Shown here piece after piece: positions 51,669-60,793 of a stretch of 64,000 nucleotides of DNA (its first letter is position 1; every line of letters begins with the position of its first letter). The stretch spans positions 992,001 to 1,056,000 of the forward strand of contig CAWBOS010000010.1 in NCBI GenBank assembly GCA_963790475.1, given 5' to 3'. The notes under the pieces are model-generated. The model did no database searches and had not been told where the DNA came from. It saw only the letters and a program-made list of their open reading frames with translations. This stretch comes from an uncultured delta proteobacterium. GTDB lineage: Bacteria; Desulfobacterota; RBG-13-43-22. Both the position numbers and the translations under genes were made by a program.

Positions 51669-54600
51669 TTATTTAATATCCCAGTTCAGGTCACCAACGG
51701 TTCCAGGTGATCCCTGAGAGGCAAGGGTGGTGCCGTTCATCAGCCAGATCATGACCTGGCCGGTGGATTTATTCCGCCAGAGGATGTCGGACTTGCCGTC
51801 TCCATTGTAATCTCTGGTACCCCTGATCTCCCAGTTCAGGTCGCTGACGGTAGCCGGTGAGCCCTGGGAAACAACTGTGGTGCCGTTCATCAGCCAGATG
51901 TAGACCTGGCCGGAGGTAGCATGCCTCCAGAGGATGTCCGTAGATCCATCTCCGTTGAAATCACCGACACCCCTGATCTGCCAGTTCAGGTCGCTGATGG
52001 TACCCGGCGAACCCTGCGAAGCAAGGGTAGTGCCGTTCATCAACCAGATGAAGACCTGGCCGGTGGACTTATTCTGCCAGAGAATGTCCGCAGATCCGTC
52101 TCCGTTGAAATTACCAACATGCTTGATGTCCCAGTTCAGGTCGCTGACGGTAGCCGGTGAAGCCTGGGAAGCAATGATGGTGCCATTCATCTGCCAGATT
52201 TCGACCTGGCCGGTGGACTTATTCTGCCAGATAATTTCCCTTTTCCCAACACCCTTGATATCCCAGTTCAGGTCGCCGATGGTAGCCGGTGAGCCCTGGA
52301 GAGCAATGGTGTCGCCGTTCATCAGCCAGATTTCGACCTGGCCGGTGGCCTTATTCCGCCAGACAATATCCGCGACACTGTCACTGTTGAAATCACCGAC
52401 ACCCCTGATCTCCCAATTCGGATCGCTGATGGTAGCCGGCGAACCCTCGGCAATAAGGGTGGTGCCGTTCATATTCCAGATTTCAACCTGGCCGGAAGCG
52501 GCATTCCTCCAGACGATGTCCGCAAATCCATCACTGTTGAAATCGCCTCCTACGGTTACAGTGTAGGCTAAAGGTGACGAGGTCGCGTCGGCTGTCGCTG
52601 ACAGAGGGTTGGTTCGCACATCAACCGTTATTTGATAAATACCAGACGGCATTGAAAGAGGCATCGTCCATGTATTACTGGTGCTATAATCCTGCACCGT
52701 AGTTCCATTTTTCTGGAATCGATACTGGTAGCTGTTAGAACCGACACCAGTGGCAGTAAACGTGACCGTCGTATTATTAGTCTGCGGACTCGGCGGGCTA
52801 ACGGCTAACGTCACATCCGTAGCCGGAGGAGGAACGATTTCAAAGGCGAGTTCCCCGGTGACATCCGGAGCCACCGGCGCCGCACCGGTGCCCGCATCGA
52901 CGGTCAGCGTGTAACTGCCGGCAGGAAATCCGGTCATGGTCCAGGTAGTGAGTGTGTTCCAATCCTGTACCACCGTGCTGACCGGAACACCCGTACTGGT
53001 CGGGACATAATTAAGGGTGAATCGATAATGGTCGGAGCCGGTGGCCGGTGAGATGGCTCCCACGGTGAAGACCACCGCCTCTGCCGGCGCCGGACCACCA
53101 TTGGTATACCAGAATGGTTTCCCCAGGGTTGTGTTGGGCAAAGGGTTGCCCGTGGGGGGAGACATCAAAAGCGGATTAAAGACAATGGGCCGCATCATGT
53201 CATTTTCTTCATGGCCCAGCAGGTGGCAATGCCAGACATATTCCCAGCCGAAGTCGGTCACCACGTTGGAGATGCCGGCCGGTGTCGGCGTGCCTGGCAC
53301 AGGGGCCGGCTGTATATAATTGGCCGTGGAACCCGCCGGTGTGGTCACGTCCATTAGCCGGGTGCTCCGGGGAATCGGGAAAGGAAGCGACATGTGCCGC
53401 GGCTGGACCGCCAAGATAAGGTCCGTGAACGGTTCCGTCCGGACGGTTTCCTTCCAGCCCAGTTCATTAGCCTCGGGCGGCAACATGGTGTTGGTAAAGT
53501 CCACCCGGTTGACCACCTGCAGGTTGGCCAGGTGGAAGTGAACGGCATGGTTGTCTACGCCGAGGTGGGACAAGCGGAAGACATAGGTCTGGCCGTCGTT
53601 CCAGAAGTCAGAGGGCGGATCGATATACTGGGCGATGCCGGGCACTGCGGGCGCGGGGGGCGGGGGGACAAGGGTCGCTTCCAGCGGTGTAGGGGTGGTG
53701 CCGAGCATGACGTTCATTCGCCCGTAGTTTATATCGAACCCCTCGGTGATGTTCTTCATGCCAATCACCGAATCATTGGTCAGCCGGGCATCGGCCGTAG
53801 CGCCGGTGCCGCCGCCGCCGGTGAGGTAGACAAAAGGAGCCTTGGTGTAGCCCGAACCTCCGTTTGTAACCTGGATATGGGCGACAGCGCCGCAGGTGAG
53901 TCCTGATGCGGCTGTAGCGCCCGCGCCGGTAGGATCACCCAATGCGGTGGTGATCGTTACGGCCGGATTCGTGGCCGCCGTGCATTCCGCGGTATAACCT
54001 GCACCCGGGTCCGTCACCGTGATGGCGGTAACTTGGCCGCCGGATATGCTGGCCACGGCTGTGGCTTGTACGCACGTCGTATTATTGAGGGCACCACAGC
54101 CTATCGGCGCGACGATGGCGACCGTCGGAGGGAGGGTATAGGGGGTGGCGGGGGAGGTAGCTCCAAGGGTCACCGTTACGGCCGTAACGCCATCAAGCGC
54201 TGCCGTTGCCGCTGCGCCTGAGCCATTGCCATCGGCGCTGATAAAGCTAACGGCCGGTGCCGTGGTATAACCGGAGCCTCCAAGCGTAGTGAGGACCCGA
54301 CTAACGGACTGGACACCTCCCACGAGGTTCACGGTCGAGTCCGTGTTATTGACAAAGGTGTCGACATTTGCCGTGCCAAAAGCCGGATTATAGGCAGCTT
54401 GCTTCACGATAGGCGGGGCCTGCGTGGCACCAAAGGCTTTGGGCAGGGCCGCTTGCAGTGCCCCCAGGTTGAAGGGCGCAGCGCCATTCGCCGAGACCCG
54501 AATCTGCATGATCGTGCGGGTATTGGGCCCGAAACCGGCAGGGGTCGTGGGCGCGCCGCCGGTGGATCTCATATCCGGATCGCCGGTGTAGAGGTCATAG

Positions 54601-56570
54601 CGCTCGTCGAACAGCGGAGCGGCCGCGGGCGCGTCGTTGTAAAGAATGAGTGTCTTTCCGGCATAGGCGGAAAAATCTACGACCACGTCAGCCCGCACCG
54701 CCGGCATGATGAAAAGTGATTTATTGGCGATGCTCAACACGGTCGGGAGTAGCCGGCTTTGCTCGAAAACAACGGGCTGCGGTGGAATCACCGCCACCTG
54801 AGGCAGAAGGCCGCCTTCGTTCCCGATCTGATACCAGGATGGTCCTTTCAACGCTGGGTCGGGCACTCCGCCGTTACGGCCATCAACCGGCCAATTCGGA
54901 TCGACACCCGGGGCGGCCGGGACCATCTTGACTTCCGTGGGGGCGGCCGGGTCGGCCACAAAGAGCGAGAGGTTGAGGCTCCGGTCGTTGCAGGCATTCA
55001 GGATGCGGAAGCGAACGGCGCCGGCGGGCACATTGACATATGGATAGGGGGTGCCGTTGACCAGCATCGTATCCATGAAGGCTTCAGGGGTGATGGTCGG
55101 GGTCGGCAGATTGGCATTTAAAGGGACTGCCGGCGGATTCAACCAGGGACCATAATCCCAACGGCCCCGCGGGTTGGCCCCGGACGGATCATAGATATCC
55201 TCGTTGGGCATATACTCGTGGGGGAGCCAAAGACTGCCGCCTGCCGGAGGAGTTGTCCCGGCGGCCCAGACCCCATTACCCCCAACACTGTTCCAGCGCG
55301 GGTCCGATGCCGGACGCCCTGGTAAATCAACGGCGGTCGGGTGGGTTGGAGTGGCTCCCGCCGGAAATCCTGCGCCCGGGGGAGTGGTGGCATCGTTGAC
55401 GAAGGTCTTGTCCTGGATGACCAGGGGGATTCCATAGTGGTACACCCCTCCCAGATCAGGAAGGACCTTTCCCGTAGAAGCGCCGGACACATTGGTACCC
55501 GAGATCATGTCTTCCTCGACCTGGTCGGTCAATAAAAAAGGTGCAGCCAGGCCCGCATAGACGTTCAGGCGGGTGATGCCGTAGGCATGGTCGTGGTAGA
55601 ACATGAGCCGGCCGCTCTGCTGGTTGGTATAGTAGAGCGTCCCCATTCCATCGGTACCCGATGGTACAAAGCAGGGTCCTCCGATACAGGGCTGGGCGGG
55701 AAATCCTCCGGGATATACTGAAAGAGCTGAGGGATTTCCAGGACCGGGATAAGACGATCCATTGACCATATCAGGCACGTTCGCAAAGCTCGCGCCTTTC
55801 TGGTAGAGAGGTTGACCCGCAACAGCCGGCTCACCGGCCGGAGTGATCCACTGGTGGGGCGTCCCATCGCTGATCCAGGGAGTGGCGCCGCCGTGGAGAT
55901 GCAGGGCGATGCGGTTCTGGGTGTAATTAACCCCGGCAACGGGTCCCATACCCGCGCCCATGACGGTGGGGTCCACCGGCAGGAAGAGATTGCCATGGGT
56001 TATGGGATCGGAGGTAAGCGGGAGTTCGTTCTTATACAGGACACGCACCGGCTTGCCGTTCCCGTTCTCCCCCGGGGGTTTGGTGGGATCATAGGACTTG
56101 GCGATGATCATAGGTCCCAGATACTGATTGACATTTTGCACACCGGCAAAACCGGGAGCATTTTCCTGCCGGTAGCCTCTCAGCGTGGTCGCCGGCAGGT
56201 CCGAGTGTAACTTCAGGCTATACTGACTGGCGCCGATGACATAGTAGTCGGCATCGGGAAAGGTGGTTGTGTCCGGCCGAGCGATGGGGATGTATTGGTT
56301 GAGATTGTTTTCATTACACGTCCCTGCGCCAAAATTTGGGGTACATCCCGGCGCCCCCAGACCGGGCAGGGCGCTGATAAACTTCCTGATGTTCGGGCTG
56401 TAGGCCCAATTAGGCAGGTCGTAATTCACATTGGAGTTGAACCCGGCTGCCCCCGCTGGGTTGGCTATTGGCGGCCCAAATACTTGGGCATTAGCCTGGT
56501 TGCTTCCCCAGTAAAGGCCAGTCAGCGCCAATACCAGGCCCATAAAAATCAAAAATTTGCTTCTGCTCAT
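51669..56570 (-). CDS. Giant secreted multicopper oxidase (MofA/OmpB-like) with inserted Gly/Thr repeats, Ig-like domains and FG-GAP-like repeats
   Basis: Signal peptide; all four Cu motifs present: HLHGG, YHDH, HAVHFH, HCHLLGHEENDM; 1633 aa. Confidence 0.9.
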   Translation of the reverse strand: MSRSKFLIFMGLVLALTGLYWGSNQANAQVFGPPIANPAGAAGFNSNVNYDLPNWAYSPNIRKFISALPGLGAPGCTPNFGAGTCNENNLNQYIPIARPDTTTFPDADYYVIGASQYSLKLHSDLPATTLRGYRQENAPGFAGVQNVNQYLGPMIIAKSYDPTKPPGENGNGKPVRVLYKNELPLTSDPITHGNLFLPVDPTVMGAGMGPVAGVNYTQNRIALHLHGGATPWISDGTPHQWITPAGEPAVAGQPLYQKGASFANVPDMVNGSSYPGPGNPSALSVYPGGFPAQPCIGGPCFVPSGTDGMGTLYYTNQQSGRLMFYHDHAYGITRLNVYAGLAAPFLLTDQVEEDMISGTNVSGASTGKVLPDLGGVYHYGIPLVIQDKTFVNDATTPPGAGFPAGATPTHPTAVDLPGRPASDPRWNSVGGNGVWAAGTTPPAGGSLWLPHEYMPNEDIYDPSGANPRGRWDYGPWLNPPAVPLNANLPTPTITPEAFMDTMLVNGTPYPYVNVPAGAVRFRILNACNDRSLNLSLFVADPAAPTEVKMVPAAPGVDPNWPVDGRNGGVPDPALKGPSWYQIGNEGGLLPQVAVIPPQPVVFEQSRLLPTVLSIANKSLFIMPAVRADVVVDFSAYAGKTLILYNDAPAAAPLFDERYDLYTGDPDMRSTGGAPTTPAGFGPNTRTIMQIRVSANGAAPFNLGALQAALPKAFGATQAPPIVKQAAYNPAFGTANVDTFVNNTDSTVNLVGGVQSVSRVLTTLGGSGYTTAPAVSFISADGNGSGAAATAALDGVTAVTVTLGATSPATPYTLPPTVAIVAPIGCGALNNTTCVQATAVASISGGQVTAITVTDPGAGYTAECTAATNPAVTITTALGDPTGAGATAASGLTCGAVAHIQVTNGGSGYTKAPFVYLTGGGGTGATADARLTNDSVIGMKNITEGFDINYGRMNVMLGTTPTPLEATLVPPPPAPAVPGIAQYIDPPSDFWNDGQTYVFRLSHLGVDNHAVHFHLANLQVVNRVDFTNTMLPPEANELGWKETVRTEPFTDLILAVQPRHMSLPFPIPRSTRLMDVTTPAGSTANYIQPAPVPGTPTPAGISNVVTDFGWEYVWHCHLLGHEENDMMRPIVFNPLLMSPPTGNPLPNTTLGKPFWYTNGGPAPAEAVVFTVGAISPATGSDHYRFTLNYVPTSTGVPVSTVVQDWNTLTTWTMTGFPAGSYTLTVDAGTGAAPVAPDVTGELAFEIVPPPATDVTLAVSPPSPQTNNTTVTFTATGVGSNSYQYRFQKNGTTVQDYSTSNTWTMPLSMPSGIYQITVDVRTNPLSATADATSSPLAYTVTVGGDFNSDGFADIVWRNAASGQVEIWNMNGTTLIAEGSPATISDPNWEIRGVGDFNSDSVADIVWRNKATGQVEIWLMNGDTIALQGSPATIGDLNWDIKGVGKREIIWQNKSTGQVEIWQMNGTIIASQASPATVSDLNWDIKHVGNFNGDGSADILWQNKSTGQVFIWLMNGTTLASQGSPGTISDLNWQIRGVGDFNGDGSTDILWRHATSGQVYIWLMNGTTVVSQGSPATVSDLNWEIRGTRDYNGDGKSDILWRNKSTGQVMIWLMNGTTLASQGSPGTVGDLNWDIK
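51672..52547 (-). repeat. Six ~150-bp tandem repeats encoding FG-GAP/VCBS-like beta-propeller blades
   Basis: GDFNGDG..DI.W.N..TGQV.IW.MNGTT...QGSP.T.SDLNW.I.G repeated six times; the third copy lacks the DFNxDG loop. Confidence 0.9.
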
Positions 56571-56725
56571 CTTTATCTCCTTATGTAACTTTTGGTGAGA
56601 TGTTGGGTAGTTCTTTAAAACATTTTCCGGCGATAAATCTTCTCGGAGCTTGGTGCATTTTGAGCAAGCACTCTCCGGCCAATCTTTATCTGCTCTGCCT
56701 CATCACCTCCTCTACTTGAAAAACC

Positions 56726-56763
56726 AAATGATCCGGAGTCGGCGAACCCACTCCGGATCATTT
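56726..56763 (-). terminator. Hairpin overlapping the FKBP stop codon
   Basis: aaatgatccggagt-N10-actccggatcattt, 14-bp stem. Confidence 0.6.
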
Positions 56764-57450
56764 GATGTCAACGAGCTCGATTTCAAATATGACCGTTTCG
56801 TATGGGCCGATGTGCCCCGCTCCCCGTTGTCCGTAGGCGAGTTGGGGGGGGATAAAAACCTGCCACTTGGAGCCCACGGGCATGAGTTTGAGAGCTTCCC
56901 TCCAGCCGGGGATGACGTCTGAGATCTTGAAGGTACCCGGCCTCTCACCGGAGTTTTCGAACTCCGTCCCATCTATACGGGTGCCCCGATACCGAATCTC
57001 AACGGTGTCGGCCTCGGTCGGTTTCTTGCCGTCCCCTGCCTTGAGGATTTTGTACTGCAGGCCGTTGGGAAGGGTCATCACGCCTTCCTTTGTTTTATTT
57101 TCGGCCAGGAACTCATCACCTTTTTTCTTGTTATCCTGCTGCGCCAGCAGCCGCTCTCCGGCCTTTTTCCGCCTGAGTTCGGAGACGAATATGTTCAGGG
57201 AGGTTTGGAGGTCCTCTTCGGTCAACAGGAGTTTATTGCCCACCGCCGCGTCCTTCATCCCTCTTATAATAATATCCAGATCGAAATCAATTCCCTGGCG
57301 CTTGTAGTTTCTCACCAGCTCAACCCCCATGGCATAGCTTTGCATGTCCTTTTGAGTCTTGAGAACCGGGGCCTGGTCAGCACTCGCCTGAGCAACCAAA
57401 AGTCCAACTACCAAGAACACCAGCCATTTGAGTGTTAAGTTCAACTTCAT
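56758..57450 (-). CDS. FKBP-type peptidyl-prolyl isomerase (Mip/FklB-like)
   Basis: Signal peptide; SYAMG, FLAENK..EGV.TLP.GLQY, YRGT.IDGTEF, VIPGW.EAL.LM.VGSKW..IPP.LAYG..G. Confidence 0.95.
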   Translation of the reverse strand: MKLNLTLKWLVFLVVGLLVAQASADQAPVLKTQKDMQSYAMGVELVRNYKRQGIDFDLDIIIRGMKDAAVGNKLLLTEEDLQTSLNIFVSELRRKKAGERLLAQQDNKKKGDEFLAENKTKEGVMTLPNGLQYKILKAGDGKKPTEADTVEIRYRGTRIDGTEFENSGERPGTFKISDVIPGWREALKLMPVGSKWQVFIPPQLAYGQRGAGHIGPYETVIFEIELVDIK

Positions 57451-57736
57451 CGTCTCTCCTAACTGTAAAAATGAGGATATTAATTCTTAATCGAGTTGGG
57501 CACTCCCACTTCAAACCCCTTATCCGGAAAACCATGGTATGCCCTTGGTTCCATTTCTATTTTTTTAGTGATCACTTATCTCTTTCTTCTAAATTATTTG
57601 TATTCGAGTATGCACTGATAAAAGCTCAAAATCTATAGGGCAAACCCTGTATTTTTCTATTATTTAAACTGTATCTTTTATAAACTATTTTAGCCAATTA
57701 GAGACTAACTAAGCACCATTACCGATGCTGAAAATT

Positions 57737-57765
57737 ACCATTGACTAATGGTTAAAAATAACCAT
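57737..57765. promoter_or_regulatory. Overlapping palindromes upstream of FKBP-MCO (candidate response-regulator sites)
   Basis: ACCATT-N4-AATGGT overlapping ATGGTTA-N4-TAACCAT. Confidence 0.4.
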
Positions 57766-57945
57766 AGCAAGAATAAACGATCATTCTACTGCCGGCAACA
57801 CAGTGCTGATAAATGATTCGGAGGATTCAAGCGGTCACGAATTCAAGCGAAAAGATTAGAAAATGACACTATGGAAGATTAATTATGACATTGTGTTTGG
57901 TTATAGTTACGAGGAACAAAAGGGGTGAAGTGAAAAGACAGGAAC

Positions 57946-58593
57946 CTACACATAGGCTTTTTGTATGGCGTATTTGATGAGATCGGAGCTTTTCTTCAAG
58001 TTCAACTTTTCCATAATATTGGTACGATGGCGCACTACGGTGTAGGGACTGATCTTCAAAAAATCAGCAATATCTTTATAAGATTTTCCTTCGGCGATCA
58101 ACCTCAAAACTTCTTTTTCCCGCATCGTCAAAGAATCAACCAAGGAGAGCCTTCGTTGACTTCGGTTTATTTGCGCCCAATCGGCTATCAACTCTGCGTT
58201 GAGGGACGGGGTAATATAGATTTCTCCGCGCCGAATCGCCTCTATGGCTAAAAACATCTGAGTTTCCGCATCTCCCTTCACCAGGTATCCGTGGGCACCG
58301 GCGGAGAAGGACTGGTGCAAAAACTCAATGTCGCTGTACATTGACAACATCAACACTTTAACCTCAGGATGTATCTTCTTGATTTCAGGAATGGCTTCGA
58401 TTCCTCTGAGATTTGGCATACGGATATCGAGAATGACCATCTGCGGCCTAACCGTTTTCAGGAGATTGAGAAGCTCAAGGCCGTCATTCGCTTCCCCGAC
58501 AACCTCTACATCCGCTATTTCTAAAAGAATCCTTCTTAAACCTTGGCGAAACATGGTATGGTCATCGGCCAAAACGAGTCGATATGGTTCCAT
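57946..58593 (-). CDS. NarL/FixJ family response regulator (REC + LuxR HTH)
   Basis: LADDH, LDIRMP, GYLVK, LT.REKEVL.LIAEG.S.K.IA..L.IS..TV..HR.NIM.KL. Confidence 0.95.
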   Translation of the reverse strand: MEPYRLVLADDHTMFRQGLRRILLEIADVEVVGEANDGLELLNLLKTVRPQMVILDIRMPNLRGIEAIPEIKKIHPEVKVLMLSMYSDIEFLHQSFSAGAHGYLVKGDAETQMFLAIEAIRRGEIYITPSLNAELIADWAQINRSQRRLSLVDSLTMREKEVLRLIAEGKSYKDIADFLKISPYTVVRHRTNIMEKLNLKKSSDLIKYAIQKAYV

Positions 58594-58638
58594 GATTTTC
58601 TTTCACCCTAACTTCTTAGAATTTTTTTTAAAAGGTTT

Positions 58639-60354
58639 TTATTGGGGGGAATTATTCATCAAAATCGGAATGGTAATGTTTATGATGGTCCCCTTTCCCT
58701 CTTCACTTTGGATATCCATCAATCCGTCCAGCATGCACACCCGTTCCTCTAAAATGGCCAGACCTAGCCCTTTCCCATCGGCGGTTCTTAGGAGGGTTTG
58801 ATTAATATTGAACCCCTTTCCATCATCTTCCACCATAAGCGTGATTTGATCCATGTTACTCTTTACCGCTACCGCTATTTCGCTGGCTTTCGCATGCTTT
58901 CCTATATTGTTTAGGATTTCCTGGAATATCCTGTAAACAATAATGTGAGCCTCCTTTGGAACCAAATGGTCGATATTAATGATATCCTCTGTTATCCTGA
59001 CATTATGAAGTTTGACGAAGTTTCTTATCAGCCGATGAATGGCGGCCGTGAGGCCAAAGTTTTCAAGGATATGGGGACTCAAATCTTGGAAGACCCGACG
59101 GACATTTTCCATCAGATGATCGGTGCATCGCATCGTCTCCATACTTAGCTCTCTAAGCTCCTGCTGGTCCTCAGGCAACTTCTTTGCAATATGGCCCAGT
59201 AGGAGTTTGATAACCGTTAGATCTTGCCCTAATTCATCATGAAGTTCGCTGGTAATTCGCCTCCGTTCCGTTTCTTGGGCTTTCAAAAGCTGATTAGAAA
59301 GAAAACGAAGTCTATCCGTTGACTTCTTCAGCTCGTCCTCCACCTTTTGTCGTTCGGTGATTCTTTCCTGCCAACTTTTCGCCTCTTCCTCTGCTTTTAT
59401 TCTCAATCGTTCCTTGCGGATTAATTGGAATGATCCAAAGAGGGCGGCCAAAAAGACCAGGCCAAGGAGGGCCAGCTGGGCCTGTATGCCCTTCTTTATA
59501 AAGCCCGTCACTTCGTTGTATTCTGAGTTAACCACAACAATCCAGGAGGCATTCCCAAACTGTGTCGAACTGAAGGCAGCCAGTTTCTTTGGGCCTTCCT
59601 TGACTTGATACTCTATTTTGCCTTCTTTTTCTTTGACGATCTTTTCAATGTATCCATTGGAGAAATGACATCGGGTACACCTCTCATCCTTCCGAAACAT
59701 GTTTCGTGATATCATCTCGGGATGCTGATAATGATATAAGAGAGTCCCGTCTCTCTTCATAATCCAGGTCTGATGGAGCTGCAATCCGACAGCTTCCGAT
59801 TCTCTCAGGAGAAACTTTTTTAAATCAGTTGTAACGGAGAAGATTCCAACGAATCTTCTTTGGTGTTGGGAATTTTTGTTTTCGGGAAACTCCTGATAAA
59901 CGGGAATTGCAATTAAAGTCTGGTCCATAGCCAGCGGAATAACAAGAACCTGTTCTTTGTTCCCGATTTTCTTTGTCCAGGCAAATAATTCGTCGTACAG
60001 GGCGGTTTGAAATCCAGGTCGGCTGCCGGTCGAATAAATGGTTTTTCCGGATTCATCATAAAGAGAAACCTCTCTAACGTACTTGGCCTTCATCATTTCC
60101 GAGTACAGTTCAATATCCCTTCGCAACCGTTTCATGCCCTCGTATCGACAAGAGGACAGGATTATTTGCAAAGTCATAAAGTGGTCCTGCAAGAATTCTT
60201 CGATTTCATCGGCGACATTTTGGGCATGAACGAGTTGATGTTCCTGAAATTGGGAGCAAACTTCTTCTTTATTCAAATGATAAATGTGGAAGGATAAGAA
60301 AAAGACCCCCGCCATCAATCCAATCAAGGTGAGGGCCATCATTTTCGGTTTCAT
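58639..60354 (-). CDS. Sensor histidine kinase (HisKA_3) with a Cache-like periplasmic domain bearing CxxCH
   Basis: Two TMs; QETERRRI..ELHDELGQ, YRI.QE.LNNI.KHA, DDGKGF, GLGL; CTRCH at 59665-59679. Confidence 0.92.
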   Translation of the reverse strand: MKPKMMALTLIGLMAGVFFLSFHIYHLNKEEVCSQFQEHQLVHAQNVADEIEEFLQDHFMTLQIILSSCRYEGMKRLRRDIELYSEMMKAKYVREVSLYDESGKTIYSTGSRPGFQTALYDELFAWTKKIGNKEQVLVIPLAMDQTLIAIPVYQEFPENKNSQHQRRFVGIFSVTTDLKKFLLRESEAVGLQLHQTWIMKRDGTLLYHYQHPEMISRNMFRKDERCTRCHFSNGYIEKIVKEKEGKIEYQVKEGPKKLAAFSSTQFGNASWIVVVNSEYNEVTGFIKKGIQAQLALLGLVFLAALFGSFQLIRKERLRIKAEEEAKSWQERITERQKVEDELKKSTDRLRFLSNQLLKAQETERRRITSELHDELGQDLTVIKLLLGHIAKKLPEDQQELRELSMETMRCTDHLMENVRRVFQDLSPHILENFGLTAAIHRLIRNFVKLHNVRITEDIINIDHLVPKEAHIIVYRIFQEILNNIGKHAKASEIAVAVKSNMDQITLMVEDDGKGFNINQTLLRTADGKGLGLAILEERVCMLDGLMDIQSEEGKGTIINITIPILMNNSPQ

Positions 60355-60793
60355 CTTTCTTTCCTTGCCGGAGGTGCCGACTGCATGGCTTTTTACGAGA
60401 TCCTTCCCTGATAAATATTTTTCCTCAATAAATAGAAGAATTTCAATAACAAGAATAGAGTATTTTATTAAAAAAAGACTGTATTTTTAATCTACTGCCC
60501 TCATAAGAGTCATCGCATTTATGATCGGGACCGTGCCGGTTATGTCAGGAACAACATAACAGGACTACGATTTCTAAGGTGAATTAGTACCGGTTTGTGA
60601 GACCATTGGAAAGCGTAGCTTCCAAAAGACGGGAGGCAGAAGGGGCAACGATGAGGACGAAAAATTTTGGTCTGATGAGAATAATCGGCTTATAAAATCC
60701 GGGTAATCTGGTAAATCCTGTCTAACAAGATGGCTTTTTTTTAATTTCAAAAACCGTTTGGATGGTGTTTCCAACAAAGGGAAAGAGCCTGTT

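Noticed and set aside
51672-52547. Regular direct repeats considered as a CRISPR array
   Set aside because: The ~150-bp in-frame units encode protein repeats; there are no unique spacers and no cas genes.
60645-60695. GACGAAA...CTGATGAG hammerhead-like words
   Set aside because: Too few bases lie between the motifs to form stems I and III.
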